Origin: the human T2T-CHM13v2.0 reference genome, Homo sapiens
DNA: 64,000 nucleotides
Strand: one strand, 5' to 3'
Assembly: GCF_009914755.1 (NCBI RefSeq)
Contig: NC_060937.1
Shown here in pieces: positions 1 through 14,590 of this stretch (its first letter is position 1; each line of letters begins with the position of its first letter). The notes below the pieces were generated by a model, which made no database searches, was not told the DNA's origin, and was given only the letters and a program-made list of their open reading frames with translations. Made by a program: the position numbers and the translations under genes.

Positions 1-728
1 ATATGAATGTGACAGATAGTGAAATTAATCTGAAATCATTCCACAACATTTATTTAGTATTTACACTAAAGTTCTCAAGAAAATAAGAGAATTTCTGAGA
101 AAATACACTGATTATTTTGCTCTTTGTGGCAAATCCCACCCCTCACCCCTAAGGAGGGGAAATCAAATGTTTTTCTTTGCTAAAATCATTGGCATACAAA
201 TTTCAAACCACAGACTTAGTCAACTTCTAAAAACCAACTGCTTCTTTATATTTCCCCCTTTCAGCAAGGAACTAAAAGTATTTTACAGATGTTGCTACAG
301 ATTTTCCCCAGTCTGTTCTTGGAAATGTATTAAGTCAGATGTTTAGGAAGCAACTACAATTCTTTCCGGTCACTAACACTGAAGTACTAAGAAACTATTA
401 GGATCCTTAAATTATAGGTATCATCACAGCCAAAAAGTAAATGAAAAAAAAGAAAAAAAGACTTTGGGAAAAGAAAGAACAAACGAAAAACGAAAATGTG
501 GCAAGGAGAAAGGAATTGGAAGATGTCGCTTTGGTGAGGAATGGTAAATGCCAACACACATTACTTTAAGGACTATTTAGTTGAATTGTTGCCAACTATG
601 GGCCTGCACTAAAAGGTACCCTAATGGTCCAGGCAGAAAGTTCAAATTTCAGCCAATTATAAAATTAGAACTGGAAAACACAGAGAACCCCACACATACA
701 GAATCACACTCAGAAAATGTTGGGGCCA

Positions 729-1176
<448 letters not shown>

Positions 1177-1639
1177 TCACATTCAGAAAATTCAGACACC
1201 TCTTTATCCCTGAGGAAAAGTGGCCTCTGGGACAGGAAGGGACCAATGGCCTTCTTCAGACTTCTGTGACCAACAGTTGTACTTATTCTACAACTACATA
1301 ACAATAGACACTGTGGCTACTGAAGCAGAAAGTGCACCATCACTGTTCCTCTGGCTTGTCGCACTCCTTCCCTATAGCCAGGCACTCATCTAGGACTCTC
1401 AGAATCATTTCACACTGACATCCTGCCAAGAATTAGCTTTCAAAAAGAAAGCACATCAAGTTGTGTGCAGGAAGTGGAGGGCAGAGATTATGGTTTCTGT
1501 TCATGTATCCCAATTTCTAGAACAGTGTCTGGCTGCATAAATTATCAAATGAAACAGTCATGGACCTCAAGAGGGGAGAGAGTAACCTCAGATCGTAAAT
1601 CCAGTGGGCACTTTTCAGTTTTTTCTTACTTTGCTTATT

Positions 1640-2140
1640 CCATCAATGGCTTCCTATCTCACTCAAAAAAAGCAAAGATTTTACAGTGGCCTTCAAGACT
1701 ACAGTAACTTGCCCCTGTCCCCCAACTTTAATCTTCTACTGTGCTCTTCTTCACTCACCCTGCTCTAGCTGTCTTGCTTGTTCTTAGCAACCAGGCATGC
1801 CCTCAAAGGGTTTTTGCCCCTGTTGTTCCCTTTGTTGGGACTCTCCCCGCCATCCCCCATGTGGGGATGGCTTACTCCCTCACCAGTTTCAGGTTTATAC
1901 TCAAGAGTCACCTTCTCTGTAAGAGCTTCCCTAACCACTCAATTTATAGCAGTCCTCCCTTAAACCCCCTCCTCAACCCTCATACTCTTCAGAGCCCTGG
2001 CTTGCTTTATTTTTATCCACAGCATTTACCACCATCTAACATACAATACATTGAACTTAATTTTGTTTATTGTTACCTCTTCTCCAACTAGATAAGTTAT
2101 AAGGGCAGGAGTTTTTGTCTGAACCTAGAACAGTGCCTGG
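1640..2140. mobile_element. L2 LINE remnant
   Basis: L2-like phrases such as aagggcaggagtttttgtct and ctagaacagtgcctggc. Confidence 0.55.
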
Positions 2141-2188
2141 CCCAAGGAGGAGGAAGCAGCCAGAGGATGGAGCAGAGAAGGAAATTAG

Positions 2189-2611
<423 letters not shown>

Positions 2612-2874
2612 TAGACTTTTCTCCACAGAGTCTCAACATATTCTCCTTGCATAAACTCATTCACAATAGAAATTTCAATGATTTACCTAAACACAAACAA
2701 CTCCCTCCCAAATCTACTCAAGGCCAGACCTTTTCCCTCACACTAGATCCTCACATTCAGCTAGCTACTAGAAAAAAATCTGACCACCTAAGCTTCTTCT
2801 ATCCACCCCTCCTCTCTGTTCTTACTCACACTGCCCCAACTGACTAATCAAATCTCTTGATTAGATTATTATTC

Positions 2875-3050
2875 TGTGAGGCAAGAGAGTGTGGTTAAGA
2901 GAATAGGCTTGCTATCAGAAAGACCTACATTCAAGTTCCCACCTCCACCTCTTCTTTGGTAGAACTAACTGTGTGAGCCAGGACAAGTTATTTTATTAAT
3001 TCTCTCAGGGTTTCAGTTTCCTCACCTGTAAAATGGGATAGTATTAGTGA
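2875..3050 (+). mobile_element. MIR SINE
   Basis: gtggttaagagaataggct ... tcagtttcctcacctgtaaaatggg core. Confidence 0.7.
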
Positions 3051-3919
3051 AAATCAAAACAACACTTTACTTGGAAAAAAGCATTCAGGTGCTCCTCAAA
3101 ACCTATTGGCTTTTATTTCAAAGACAATTTAAATAATATCAGTTTCTCCTTATTCTTGATCCATTCTTATTTTTATATCTCCTTTCTTCTTTCAGAGGGA
3201 AGGTATATTTGTATACATACATAGATGATCTCACATTCTAATGACAAAAAGAGGGAGCAAGCTAAAGAACATGTTAGGCATAACTTTTGGAATAACTCAA
3301 TTTGGGCCTTAGTAGGATCAGATTTTTATGGGACATTCCATTTGATTACAAACGCTAGCAATCAGCCTTTCATTTATAGCTTAAAAAAGGTTCTTCCATT
3401 CCATTCAGTAAAGTTCCATTCACAGGTAAGACAATATCATTTGACATCAATATATAATGTCAGCCAAAGTACTGGCAGGGAAAGGAGAAAGACTGCATAA
3501 AGAACTGTCTCTGCATATTTCTCATTGTTTCTTGGCAGGACTATGTCATTATGGCAAAATGAGAGCTCAAAGCGATAGGTAGTAGCTGCATGATTCATAA
3601 GTGTAGCTTGGAAATGCTCTTTCAGAAATCCAGATTCAGGGACTTGGCATCTTTGATGCTATACAGTTAGTAAACCAAATGTGACCAAAACAGAATGATA
3701 AATATGTTCATTAGTATTCAGCTAAAATACTTAATCTGATAAATCTCTGGTTAGCAAGCAATAATGATCCTAAATATTATTTAAAAACAATACCACATAA
3801 ATATTATTTATTTATGACAAAAAGAGGTTTGGGGGGGAAGCTCTTAGAATTATCATCAGCATTTATTTCTGAATTAATACTAATGCACATTTAACAATTA
3901 GATTAAAACTAGAGAGGCA

Positions 3920-4195
3920 CTGGAAAGAGCATACATAGTCTTTGGAGTTAAACACACCTTAGTTTAAATACTAATTCTATCTCTTGTGAGCTAATTGAGC
4001 AGGTTACTTAAATTCTCTAAGCCTATTTCCTCCTCACCTATAAATGGAGATAATACTACCCAACTGACAGGGTTATTTAAGAGATCAGTGATGATAATGT
4101 ATAAATTAACAGATTTATACAATTGTACATATTATAAAGTAATAATATTGTATAATTGGCTATATTGACATATAGTTGCTCAATAAATGGTAATT
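3920..4195 (+). mobile_element. MIR SINE
   Basis: gagcaggttacttaaattctctaagcctatttcctcctcacctataaatggagataata ... gctcaataaatgg. Confidence 0.7.
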
Positions 4196-4958
4196 ATTAC
4201 TTTTCAAATAGAGCTGACTGAACAACAAAAATCACTAAATAGTCATAAAGGACACTCTACGGTCAATTTTGATCCTAATGACTAAACTACATAGAGGTCA
4301 AAACAGCTAATAAATCTAAAACAATCCACTTTTGCTTTTTAAATACTTACACTTATTTTTGCAGCAAACTAACTAAATCCAGGTGAAGGCTATGCATAAT
4401 GGAAACAAAAGTTTGGCTATGTTCAAACCAATCTTTTAAAAGTAAGTTATTTCCCAATACATTAATAATTTAAGAACATGTTACAGTCCCCACAACAATT
4501 AACAGAATGTACCCTGAGGTCCACCTCTATCTTGCTGTTATATACCCAGTGTCAATACAGTGTCTGGCACATACTAGGTACCTAGCAAATATTTATTTGC
4601 GGTCTACATACACTCACTTAATATTACTCCAGAGTAGTGATCCAATACTAGAAAAACAACCCAAAGTAATAAAGGAGCATATTTGAAAAGTAGTTTTAAT
4701 AGACAATTCATCAGAAATTTCTTAGTCTCTAAAAAGGCCTTATTAAACCACTAGCATGAGACCACTGTGTAAAGATAAGTCAAAATCAGAGCATTACTTG
4801 AAGAAAAGTTCATCAGTTGGTAGATAAGGAGGAATATCAGACAAAATGAAAGTCACCAGTGACAACTTTCAAAGAGCTAATAAGAGGGGCTACAACTCTA
4901 CAAATAAAAACAAAGATATATATTCATAATAAATTGAATGAGGAAAGATTTAAAATAA

Positions 4959-5584
<626 letters not shown>

Positions 5585-6907
5585 TGATGCAGAAGGAAGT
5601 CACGTGCACTTAGCTACTACATAATACATATCTGGAACCAATACAAGAACCTGATCCAATGTCCACTCTAGTCCTCTTTTCCTCTGTGCACCTTCTACGA
5701 GTTTGGTTATAGACTTAAGCACCCTTCCATTTTCAAAATTTAAGTACCCACAACTTGAATTCTCAAGTTATTTTATCTTTCTTCTCTTAAAAAAAAATGT
5801 TAAGGGGTTAGTTTTCAGCATCTTCAATTTTACTAGATACGGTATGCACAATGTTAAAGACAAGCTCCAATAAAAATTTATGTATACCTTTAAAAGGTTT
5901 GTGAAACATTTAAAAAATTTTTAAAAACACAAATTCTTCTTGGAACAATGAAGATAACGAACATCTGTGGTTCCCTAAATGAGCCGTAATTTTAAGATGG
6001 GCAGCAACTAAAGGGCTTCAGCTTTGCCAAAACGTCAAGAGGCTGCCTTGCAGTGGGCTCGCAGTGATTTTAAAATGTTATTCTTCTCGTCTCGATTTAT
6101 GTTTTTCTCCCTCTCAAAGTTAAACTTAAATGTCGTTGGAAACGTAATTTGGTAACATTCTGATGTCATTTCCTTCCGTTTTTAAATTTGTAACGAAATA
6201 AAAATATTTGTTCGTTCTCAAAATGAAGGTCTTCCACACACAAAAATTAAGCATGGAGTGCAATAAGGTCAATCGAATAAAGCTGCATCCGACCTTTTAA
6301 AATATGGAATAACATTTTTCCCTTCTCCAGAACTCTTGACTACTGACACAGGACAATGCCTGAAGTATGAAGCACAGACACGGAAACACCGGATGCGAAA
6401 GACTGGAGACCGAGACAGCAAAGGGAGGTGGAGCGGAGTGCTGATCTCGGTTCCTCCAAAACTCGTACTGTGAATCTGTGACACGGGACAATGAAATGTG
6501 AGCAAGGACAAGCTTACACAGCATCATAATGTTAATTTGAAGACGGTTTTCCGGTTGATGAGGCAACGAAAGGCTGAAAGACTCCAAAGTTAAAGGAGCC
6601 CCAATTTTGCCCGAGAAAACGTAGAGCTAGGAGGGCGGTGACCAGTTTTCCCAGACTTATCCCTACGCACTCCAAGATGCTGAAAGTGGGACCCCTGCTC
6701 CTGTAGGTACAGGAGGCCTCTGCACCCCGCTTGGCCCAAGCTAACCCTGCCCTCCCAGACCAGGCCTGGCCAGACCCTCCCGCCCCGGGCCGGGTCTCCG
6801 CCGGGCCGGCTCCCAGCCCCAGTCAGGCCAGCAGAGCCTTCGTCTCCTCCTGCCTCAGCCGGGTCAGAGCAGGGCCCCTGAAGACTGGCGATCCCGCGCC
6901 CGACTAC

Positions 6908-6931
6908 CTTGGTCGTCCGGATATGCTCCAT
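6908..6931 (-). CDS. MTMR6: Myotubularin-related protein 6, coding part of exon 1 (MEHIRTTK); remaining exons lie left of the window
   Basis: Minus strand GCG-ATG GAG CAT ATC CGG ACG ACC AAG|GTAGTC; strong Kozak context and GT donor; matches the recalled N-terminus MEHIRTTKVE of the MTMR6/7/8 family; head-to-head with NUP58 as recalled for MTMR6. Confidence 0.9.
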
Positions 6932-7220
6932 CGCAAGGAGACGTCAGCCGGCAGCCGGTCTCACAGGCGTACCATACGGCTACAGAAACAGGGCGGTGAC
7001 AGCGACAGAGAGCAAGCGGGAACTCCCTCCACCAGCCAGCGCCGCGGGTCTGTCTGCCGGCCCCGGTGGCGTCAACGGCGCAGGTGCAGCCGGTGAGCGC
7101 CGTCTCCTAGAAACACTTCCCCAAACCCCGCGGCCTCCCGGGGGACTCGGGGCAGGCAGACAGAGCGTGTGTGGACCGAGAGCGGCTTGCTGGTTCGTCC
7201 CGGACAGCGGCGGATCCCAC

Positions 7221-7235
7221 AGCGCCCCCTGCTGG
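7221..7235 (-). promoter_or_regulatory. CTCF consensus motif
   Basis: Reverse complement is CCAGCAGGGGGCGCT. Confidence 0.75.
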
Positions 7236-7843
7236 AGGAGGCCGGTACTGCTCACCACCCCACCCGAGGCGGTCTTTGTCATCCCGCCGAGCGGACGCGC
7301 GGGGCGGTCGGGGAGGAAGACTGCGTGAGAATGGATCCCGAGTAAAGGGTTCTTGTGGGGTGAGGGCAAGAGTGGAGGATGTTCTGAAGTCCATCGCCAT
7401 ACCACTGGACAGCACCAAATTTAGTTTGAGCTGCAGTTCTACTCATAAGAATGTATTCTAAGGAAATAATCAGATTTGGAGTTATTATTCTAAGGAAATA
7501 ACCAAATAAGGAAACCAGCCTTATTTGAAACAATCAACTCTCCAATCCTACGGATTCCTTATGTAAAGTATGATGATTAGCTAGTCCTCAATCTGGTCTG
7601 GTGTCAGAGTCCCGCCTCCTACCTCAATTTCATACGATGTTAGCACCAGCATCCATTAAAACTCATCCTGTAGAGGGATATCACATAACGAAAATGTTAA
7701 TGCTGCATTACTGAGTGAAGAAAAAACTGACTATGGAACAATAAGTTCAATGTAGCCGTGCTCTGTAATTTTTATTTATGTAAACAAAAAGTTTACATTT
7801 CTAGGTGAGGGTTACAGGTAATTTTTGTTAGAACACGTCTAAT

Positions 7844-8078
7844 GTGGTACTTCTCAGCCTGGAGTGAGTTTTCTCCCCGGGGGACATTTGGTAACATCTG
7901 GAGATATTTTTGGTTGTCTCAAATGGTGGTGGTGGGGGGGTGGCGGCGGGGGGCAACTGGTGGGTGGAGGCCAAGTCACAAGTCGGCTGCTGAACACCCT
8001 ACTAGGCACCAGACCAACCCCCCAACTACAGGGAATTATCCGGCAGATGACAACAGTGCAGAGGTTGAGAAACCCTGC
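7844..8078 (+). mobile_element. MER20 (hAT-Charlie DNA transposon)
   Basis: gggggacatttggtaacatctggagatatttttggttgtc ... gaggttgagaaaccctg matches the MER20 consensus. Confidence 0.85.
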
Positions 8079-8083
8079 TCTAT

Positions 8084-8160
8084 GCCAGGCGCGGTGGTTC
8101 ACGCCTGTAATCCCAGAACTTTGGGAGGCTGAGGCGGGCGGATCACTTGAGGTCAGGAGT
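8084..8160 (+). mobile_element. Alu 5' fragment (3'-truncated)
   Basis: gccaggcgcggtggttcacgcctgtaatcccag ... gaggtcaggagt, then similarity ends abruptly. Confidence 0.85.
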
Positions 8161-8549
8161 TAGAGTCCGAGAAACTCTGCTCTACGTTTTGTAAGTATTC
8201 TGTACTAAGCCGGTTAAGGTTTGTAATCTTCATCTTTCATACTGTGATTGGTGTTAGAAAAGCCTAACATCTAAATTTTCTTTTATAATTAAAAATTTTG
8301 TTTCACTTATTTGTTTCATTTTGTTCAAGTTGTCTTGGTTTGTTTTGTTTTGAGTGCCTACGATGTTTCAGACAGATTGCCAAAGCAATGGAGATGGTTA
8401 TTAAACACAACAGCCTTTGCGGTGGAGTTGCTGACTCCTCTAAGCTAAATATGTAATAAGAGTTACATTAAACCACCTAGAAACCAACCTTAGTACAGTA
8501 TCACATCCACCCCCTCCCCCCGAAAAAAAACCCCACAAATCCTGCTCAG

Positions 8550-8658
8550 AAAAAAAAAAATATATATATATACACATATATATATATATACACATATATA
8601 TATATATACACATATATATATATATATATACACATATATATAGAGAGAGAGAGAGAGA
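8550..8658. repeat. Compound microsatellite An-(TA)n/CA-(GA)n
   Basis: Directly visible. Confidence 0.95.
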
Positions 8659-8899
8659 AAAGTAATGTAGGTCTTTACTGAGGATTGCTTTTTGAGAAAA
8701 CAGAAAGAGGTGAATTGTATAGCATACAGCAAGACTTTCTTAACAAAACTTTTTATATCATTTTCCTCCCAATTTACAACTTCCTCCTTCCCCATTCCCC
8801 TACAGATTATCCTCCCTCTTCTCATCTCCTCACTTCCTGTGTCCTCTCTTTACCAATTCTCACAGAGAGGCAATCATAATGATGTCAGGTGACCAAATG

Positions 8900-9075
8900 T
8901 ACTGAGTGCTTTACGGGTATTCTGAGGAAAATGCTATTGCTTTCCTTATTTTAGAGATGAGACAAGCGAGACACAATGAAGTGAAGTAACTTGCCCAATA
9001 TCACATAGCAGATAAAGCCAAGATCCATGTTATAAAGCCAGACAGGCTGACTTCAGAGTCTGTATTCTTAACAAC
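8900..9075 (-). mobile_element. MIR SINE
   Basis: ttttagagatgag ... aagtaacttgcccaatatcacatagc. Confidence 0.7.
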
Positions 9076-9439
9076 TGTTTTACATTGATTTGCTTCTCAA
9101 AATCCATATTAAAGTTCTATTTATGTTAATATGATAGGCTAGAAAATTACCTAGCTTTACAGAAAGAAAGTAAAATAACAGACAAAATATTAAATGACGT
9201 TTCTTTGACTCTTGAGTTGAATACTCTTGCACTAGATAGAATATTCCTTATGGTTAAATCTGGCAATCACTCAGTTCCATTATCTTTCCTCGAGACATCT
9301 CTTTAGAGGTCTCCAGATGCTTCTAGGAGCCTTTTCTCCTTTTGCTCCAGTTTGCACTTGTGTTCTCTGAGCCTACTGAATGGATATTATCCTGGGACTC
9401 TCCTCACCATGGGCCTGAGAAATGTGTTGGTTACTTGTG

Positions 9440-10306
<867 letters not shown>

Positions 10307-10714
10307 CCTTTCTTTTTTCAGTAGAAATTCCTGGTCTGACTTCCTAATTTTACTATTCTTTCACTCCTATTTTTTAAGAATTTACCTTTCTAATCTACTC
10401 TCTAGGAAATTCTTAATACTTCATTGTTTCTAATATTTTTAGAATACTCCATTATTTCTAATATTTTTAATTGCTGCAATTATATATATGTACATGTGTG
10501 TATGTATGTGTATGTATATATATATACACACATATACATGCACATACATATATAATTGTAGACAAACCTTGTGCTCAGATCTTGGATTCTTCTTTTTCTT
10601 CCTTTTTTGTCTACTGAGCACAAGGTTTGCCTCCCAAAGTGCTGGGATTACAGGCATGAGCCACTGTGCCTGGCTTATATTTTTAATTTCTAAGTGTTTT
10701 CACTTTAAATAGAC

Positions 10715-10885
10715 TTTATTTTTATTTATTTATTTATTTTTTAGAGATGAGGTCTCGCTATATTGCCCAGGCTGGAGTGCAGTGGCTGTTCATAGGTGTG
10801 ATCATAGTGCACTACAGCCTCAAACTCCTGGGCTCAAGCAACCTTCCTGTCTCAGCCTTCTGAGTAGCTGGGAATACAGGTATGC
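10715..10885 (-). mobile_element. FAM (fossil Alu monomer)
   Basis: gcagtggctgttcataggtgtgatcatagtgcactacagcctcaaactcctgggctcaag; the 7SL-like central segment is typical of FAM. Confidence 0.7.
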
Positions 10886-10889
10886 TATA

Positions 10890-11092
10890 CCACAAGATGC
10901 TCCAGGCTCATCTTGCATCTTTCCCACCCCAGCCCTAGAATCATCCATTTCCCCAAGGAGCCCTGGTTCCTTTTATTGGAAAATGTTATTAGAATCCAAG
11001 ATCTGTTCTGAACCCAAGATGACCTAACTGGAAAAAAAAAGAATCCAAAATCTGAGCACAAGGTTTGTCTACTAGAATGTTATTGTTTCTAA
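10890..11092 (-). mobile_element. Old L1 (L1MD-like) 3' fragment
   Basis: ccaggctcatcttg ... ccaaggagccctggttccttttattgg ... agaatccaagatctg. Confidence 0.6.
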
Positions 11093-12724
11093 GTGAAGAG
11101 ATCTTTTTGGTTACATACATTTTCCTATTTTTCTTTGTTTTTCAGTTTGTTCATTTATTTGTTTTCTAGCCTCCTGCTCTGATACATGTAAGAGCTCATC
11201 TCTCCTAGGTGAATAATAGTTTTCATTTATTTATGTATTTCTTGTAATTTTTGCTTCCTGAACCCTATTCCTTTTAGGTTCTCTCTACGTTTGCTGTTTT
11301 GGTCTCTGACTTTGATGTCAGAAGCGATCCTCCAATATCTAATCATCTTTAATGGTCCTTTCCAGCAATAAAATGCTGATTGGAAACTTACTCTTTATAG
11401 GAGAATTTGCCTATTGTTAAGCTTCATTATTGAATGATGGGGTAGGGGCTTGGTACTTTTGTTGGGGGTCCCTACATCATTATTTGAAGACCCTGTGCAT
11501 GTGAAAGGCACAGGGAGCTCTGGGAACAGATGTCCTGTTAGCAGCAGTAGCTGAGTAGAAGCCCCAGTCAGGTACCATATATAGGATCCAGATGATCCAG
11601 GCCATCTGCCTCTCTGTTGCCAGCTCTCCCCTTGGTGATTACTGCAAGGAACAAAGAGACCCATTTCCCCTCAATACAAGGGGTGGGAAATGAAGAGACA
11701 TTGGAAAGAGAAGAGGTTCATTCACTAATATTTGTTTTATTGTTAGTAATATTTATAAAGCACACGATCCAGTTTCAGAGGATTCAATATGCACCTGTGT
11801 TCCTACATTCCTATCCTTCCCTTTAAAAATGTTGACATACAATAAAATTCATCAGATTAAGCATTTTCTGCTGCCTGATCTCATCAATTATGCCAAGAGC
11901 ACACTTAATACTGTTACAATTCAATTGAGTAGTCCACTGCAACTTACAAACTAATCTGAAGGAAGATAATCAGGAAGAGACTTGTTTTTAGGGTTAGTTA
12001 GACTGGTGAATATCAAAATACCAGTGTAATCATTGACCACAAGAAAGCAGATGGGAATGAAAGTCAGCATGTTCTCTTCCTATAAAGCGTGGGGGGAGGT
12101 CACATTACAGTTGAGAAGATTGCTTAGTTAGCATGAATTCAGAGCAGGGGAAACTAGCTGCATGATAGGAGAGGCTGTTGCCATTCAGCAAAGATCTTGA
12201 TGCATCAGTCAGCCTATCAGGATGTACCAACCACAAGAAAAGGCAGGAGGGGCTCTGGGCCAGGCAAGCCTCTGGAGGCAGCCCTGAAGATTCATTATTT
12301 GAGGGAAATATTAGATTTCCCTAAACTAGGCCTCATTATTGAACAATCCTCCCTCTAAGGGCCCTATTCTGCCTTTAGATATGCCATTTCATCTGCTAGG
12401 TTCATATCAAGATGTGGTATAGAAGCTATGCTGTCTTTTTAAGGAGACATATCTGTAACTTAATTAATTTTGTTTTAATGTATATATTTATAATTTCCTT
12501 TATCATCCAACTTCTAGGAGACATCAGGTTTTTTCTTACATGTGCCTACAAAAACAACTTAAAATAGTGACATGACTAATATTTGATGATTTTAAGAAAA
12601 TATCATTTTCTTAATTGACTTTGCAATTAAAGACGGAGTTTTTTTGCACAAAAAATTGAAAGTTAAAATTCACAAAAAGCATGAAAGAAACTACTATTAC
12701 GGTTTGAAATAATGAGGAATCAGA

Positions 12725-13002
12725 TTTTTTTTTTTTTTTGAGACAGAGTCTCACTCTGTTGCCCAGGCTGGAGTGCAGTGGCGCCATCTCAGCTCACCGT
12801 AAGCTCTGCCCCCTGGGTTCAAGCCTCAGTCTCCTGAGTAGCTGGGACTACAGGTGTGCGTTACCACACCCAACTAATTTTGTATTTTTTAGTGGAGACG
12901 GGGTATCGCCATGTTGGCCGGGCTGGTCTCGTACTCCTGTACTCAAGTGATCTGCCCACCTCGGCCTCCCAAAGTGCTAGGATTACAGGCATGAGCCACC
13001 AC
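12725..13002 (-). mobile_element. Alu SINE (S-type)
   Basis: Poly-T plus Alu body with a small internal deletion. Confidence 0.92.
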
Positions 13003-13212
13003 GTAATCAGAGTTTTCTGCATTTGTTTCTCTGTAATGTTTAATGCTTATTTTTACACCACTAAAAAAAAAATGAAAAGTGCCCCTATAAAAGGCACAAG
13101 AGATATTTGATATTTTTATTATTATGTAAGAAAATATTTTACATTTAACAATAAAATATTGGTGCTTTTTTTGGGGGGGAGGCTTAAACAACAGAAATTT
13201 ATTGTCTTGCAA

Positions 13213-14000
13213 TTTTTTTTTTTTTTTCTTTAAGTTCTGGGATACATGTGCAGAATGTGCAGGTTTGTTACATATGTATTAATGTGGCATGGTGATTCGC
13301 TGTACCTATCAACTCATCATCTAGGTTGTTTTGTTGTTGTTGTTGTTGTTGTTGTTTTGAGATGGAGTCTTGCTCTGTCGCCCAGGCTGGAATGCAGTGC
13401 ATGATGATCTCGACTCACTGCAACCTCTGCCCCCTGGGTTCAATCGATTCTCCTGCCTCAGCCTCCTGAGTAGCTGGGACTACAGGCACGTGCCACCACG
13501 CCCAGCTAATTTTTTGTATTTTTAGTAGAGATGGGGTTTCACCTTGTTAGCCAGGATGGTCTCGATCTCCTGACCTCGTGACCCGCCGGCCTCGGCCTCC
13601 CAAAGTGCTGGGATTATAGGCGTGAGCCACCGCACCCTGCCGGCCCATCTAGATTTTAAGCCTTGCATGCATTAGGTATTTGTCCTAATGCTCTCCCTCC
13701 CCTTGCCCCCTAACCCCTGAAAGGCCCCAGTGTATGATGTTCCCCTCCCTGTGTCCATGTGTTCTCATTGTTCAACTCCCACTTATGAGTGAGAACATGC
13801 GGTGTTTGTTTTGCGGCTCCTGTGTGTTTGCTGAGAATGATGGCTTCCAGCTTCATTCATGTCCCTGCAAAGGACATGAACTCATTCTTTTTATGGCTGC
13901 ATAGTATTCCATGGTGTATATGTGCCACATTTTCTTTATCCAGTCTATCACTGATGGGCATTTGGGTTGGTTCCAAGTCTTTTGCTATTGTAAATAGTGG
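13213..14000 (-). mobile_element. L1PA (about L1PA8) 3' end interrupted by an Alu at 13326-13645
   Basis: taagttctgggatacatgtgcagaatgtgcaggtttgttaca ... cccacttatgagtgagaacatgcgg; Alu flanked by duplicated catctag. Confidence 0.9.
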
Positions 14001-14404
14001 ATGCTTTTATAATTATGTTTACTGTTTACCAGCGAATGGAATATTATAAAAGCAATCACAATTCCTAATCTTGGTGCTTCTTAAGTAAGCATAAATCGTT
14101 AAAAGAGCAAAAATATTTCACTTGATTTCGTTTCTTGGCTTTTATTTCTAGGAGTTTTATGGAAGAAGGTGAAGTCTATGATTAGAATTCTCTGTGAAAT
14201 CAAAGATATCTGAATTCAGATCTCATTTCTGCCACTTTCTAGCTGTGAATTTAGTCAAATTATTTAACTTCTCTAACTCTTGATGTCCTTATCTGTAAAT
14301 AGTGGTACTTATCATTATGTTATCCATTGAGTTATTTGTACAGGTTAATGAAATAATGAACAGAAGTACTTAGCATAGTAGCTGGCCTCGATAAGTGCTC
14401 AATA

Positions 14405-14590
14405 GCTGGATATAGCAGCCTTTGCCTATAGTCCCAGCTACTCAGGAGGCTAAGGCAGGAGCAATCAGAGCTCACTCAGCTCACTTGAGCCCAGCAGTTC
14501 GAGGCTGCAGTGAGCTATGATTGCACTATTGCACTCCAGCCTAGGTGACAGAGGAAGACCCCCATCTCTAAAAATAATAATAATAAATAA
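14405..14590 (+). mobile_element. FRAM/Alu monomer inserted into a MIR (MIR from about 14210)
   Basis: tagtcccagctactcaggaggc ... ccagcctaggtgacagag; tgctcaata duplicated on both sides. Confidence 0.75.

Larger units (their letters stand above)
6600..7400 (-). promoter_or_regulatory. MTMR6: CpG island, MTMR6 promoter and exon 1
   Basis: Dense CpG and high GC around the start codon, in otherwise AT-rich flanks. Confidence 0.85.

Noticed and set aside
6590-7461. Long overlapping GC-rich ORFs around the MTMR6 start
   Set aside because: They arise from stop-codon scarcity in a CpG island. Only the first 8 codons of 6590..6931 are exonic.
7924-7953. G-rich tract as a functional G-quadruplex
   Set aside because: It is the naturally variable G-run of MER20, with no independent support.
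11700-12500. Unique-looking intergenic stretch with a minus-strand AATAAA, possibly a retrocopied UTR
   Set aside because: No poly-A tail, TSD or recognisable parent gene.
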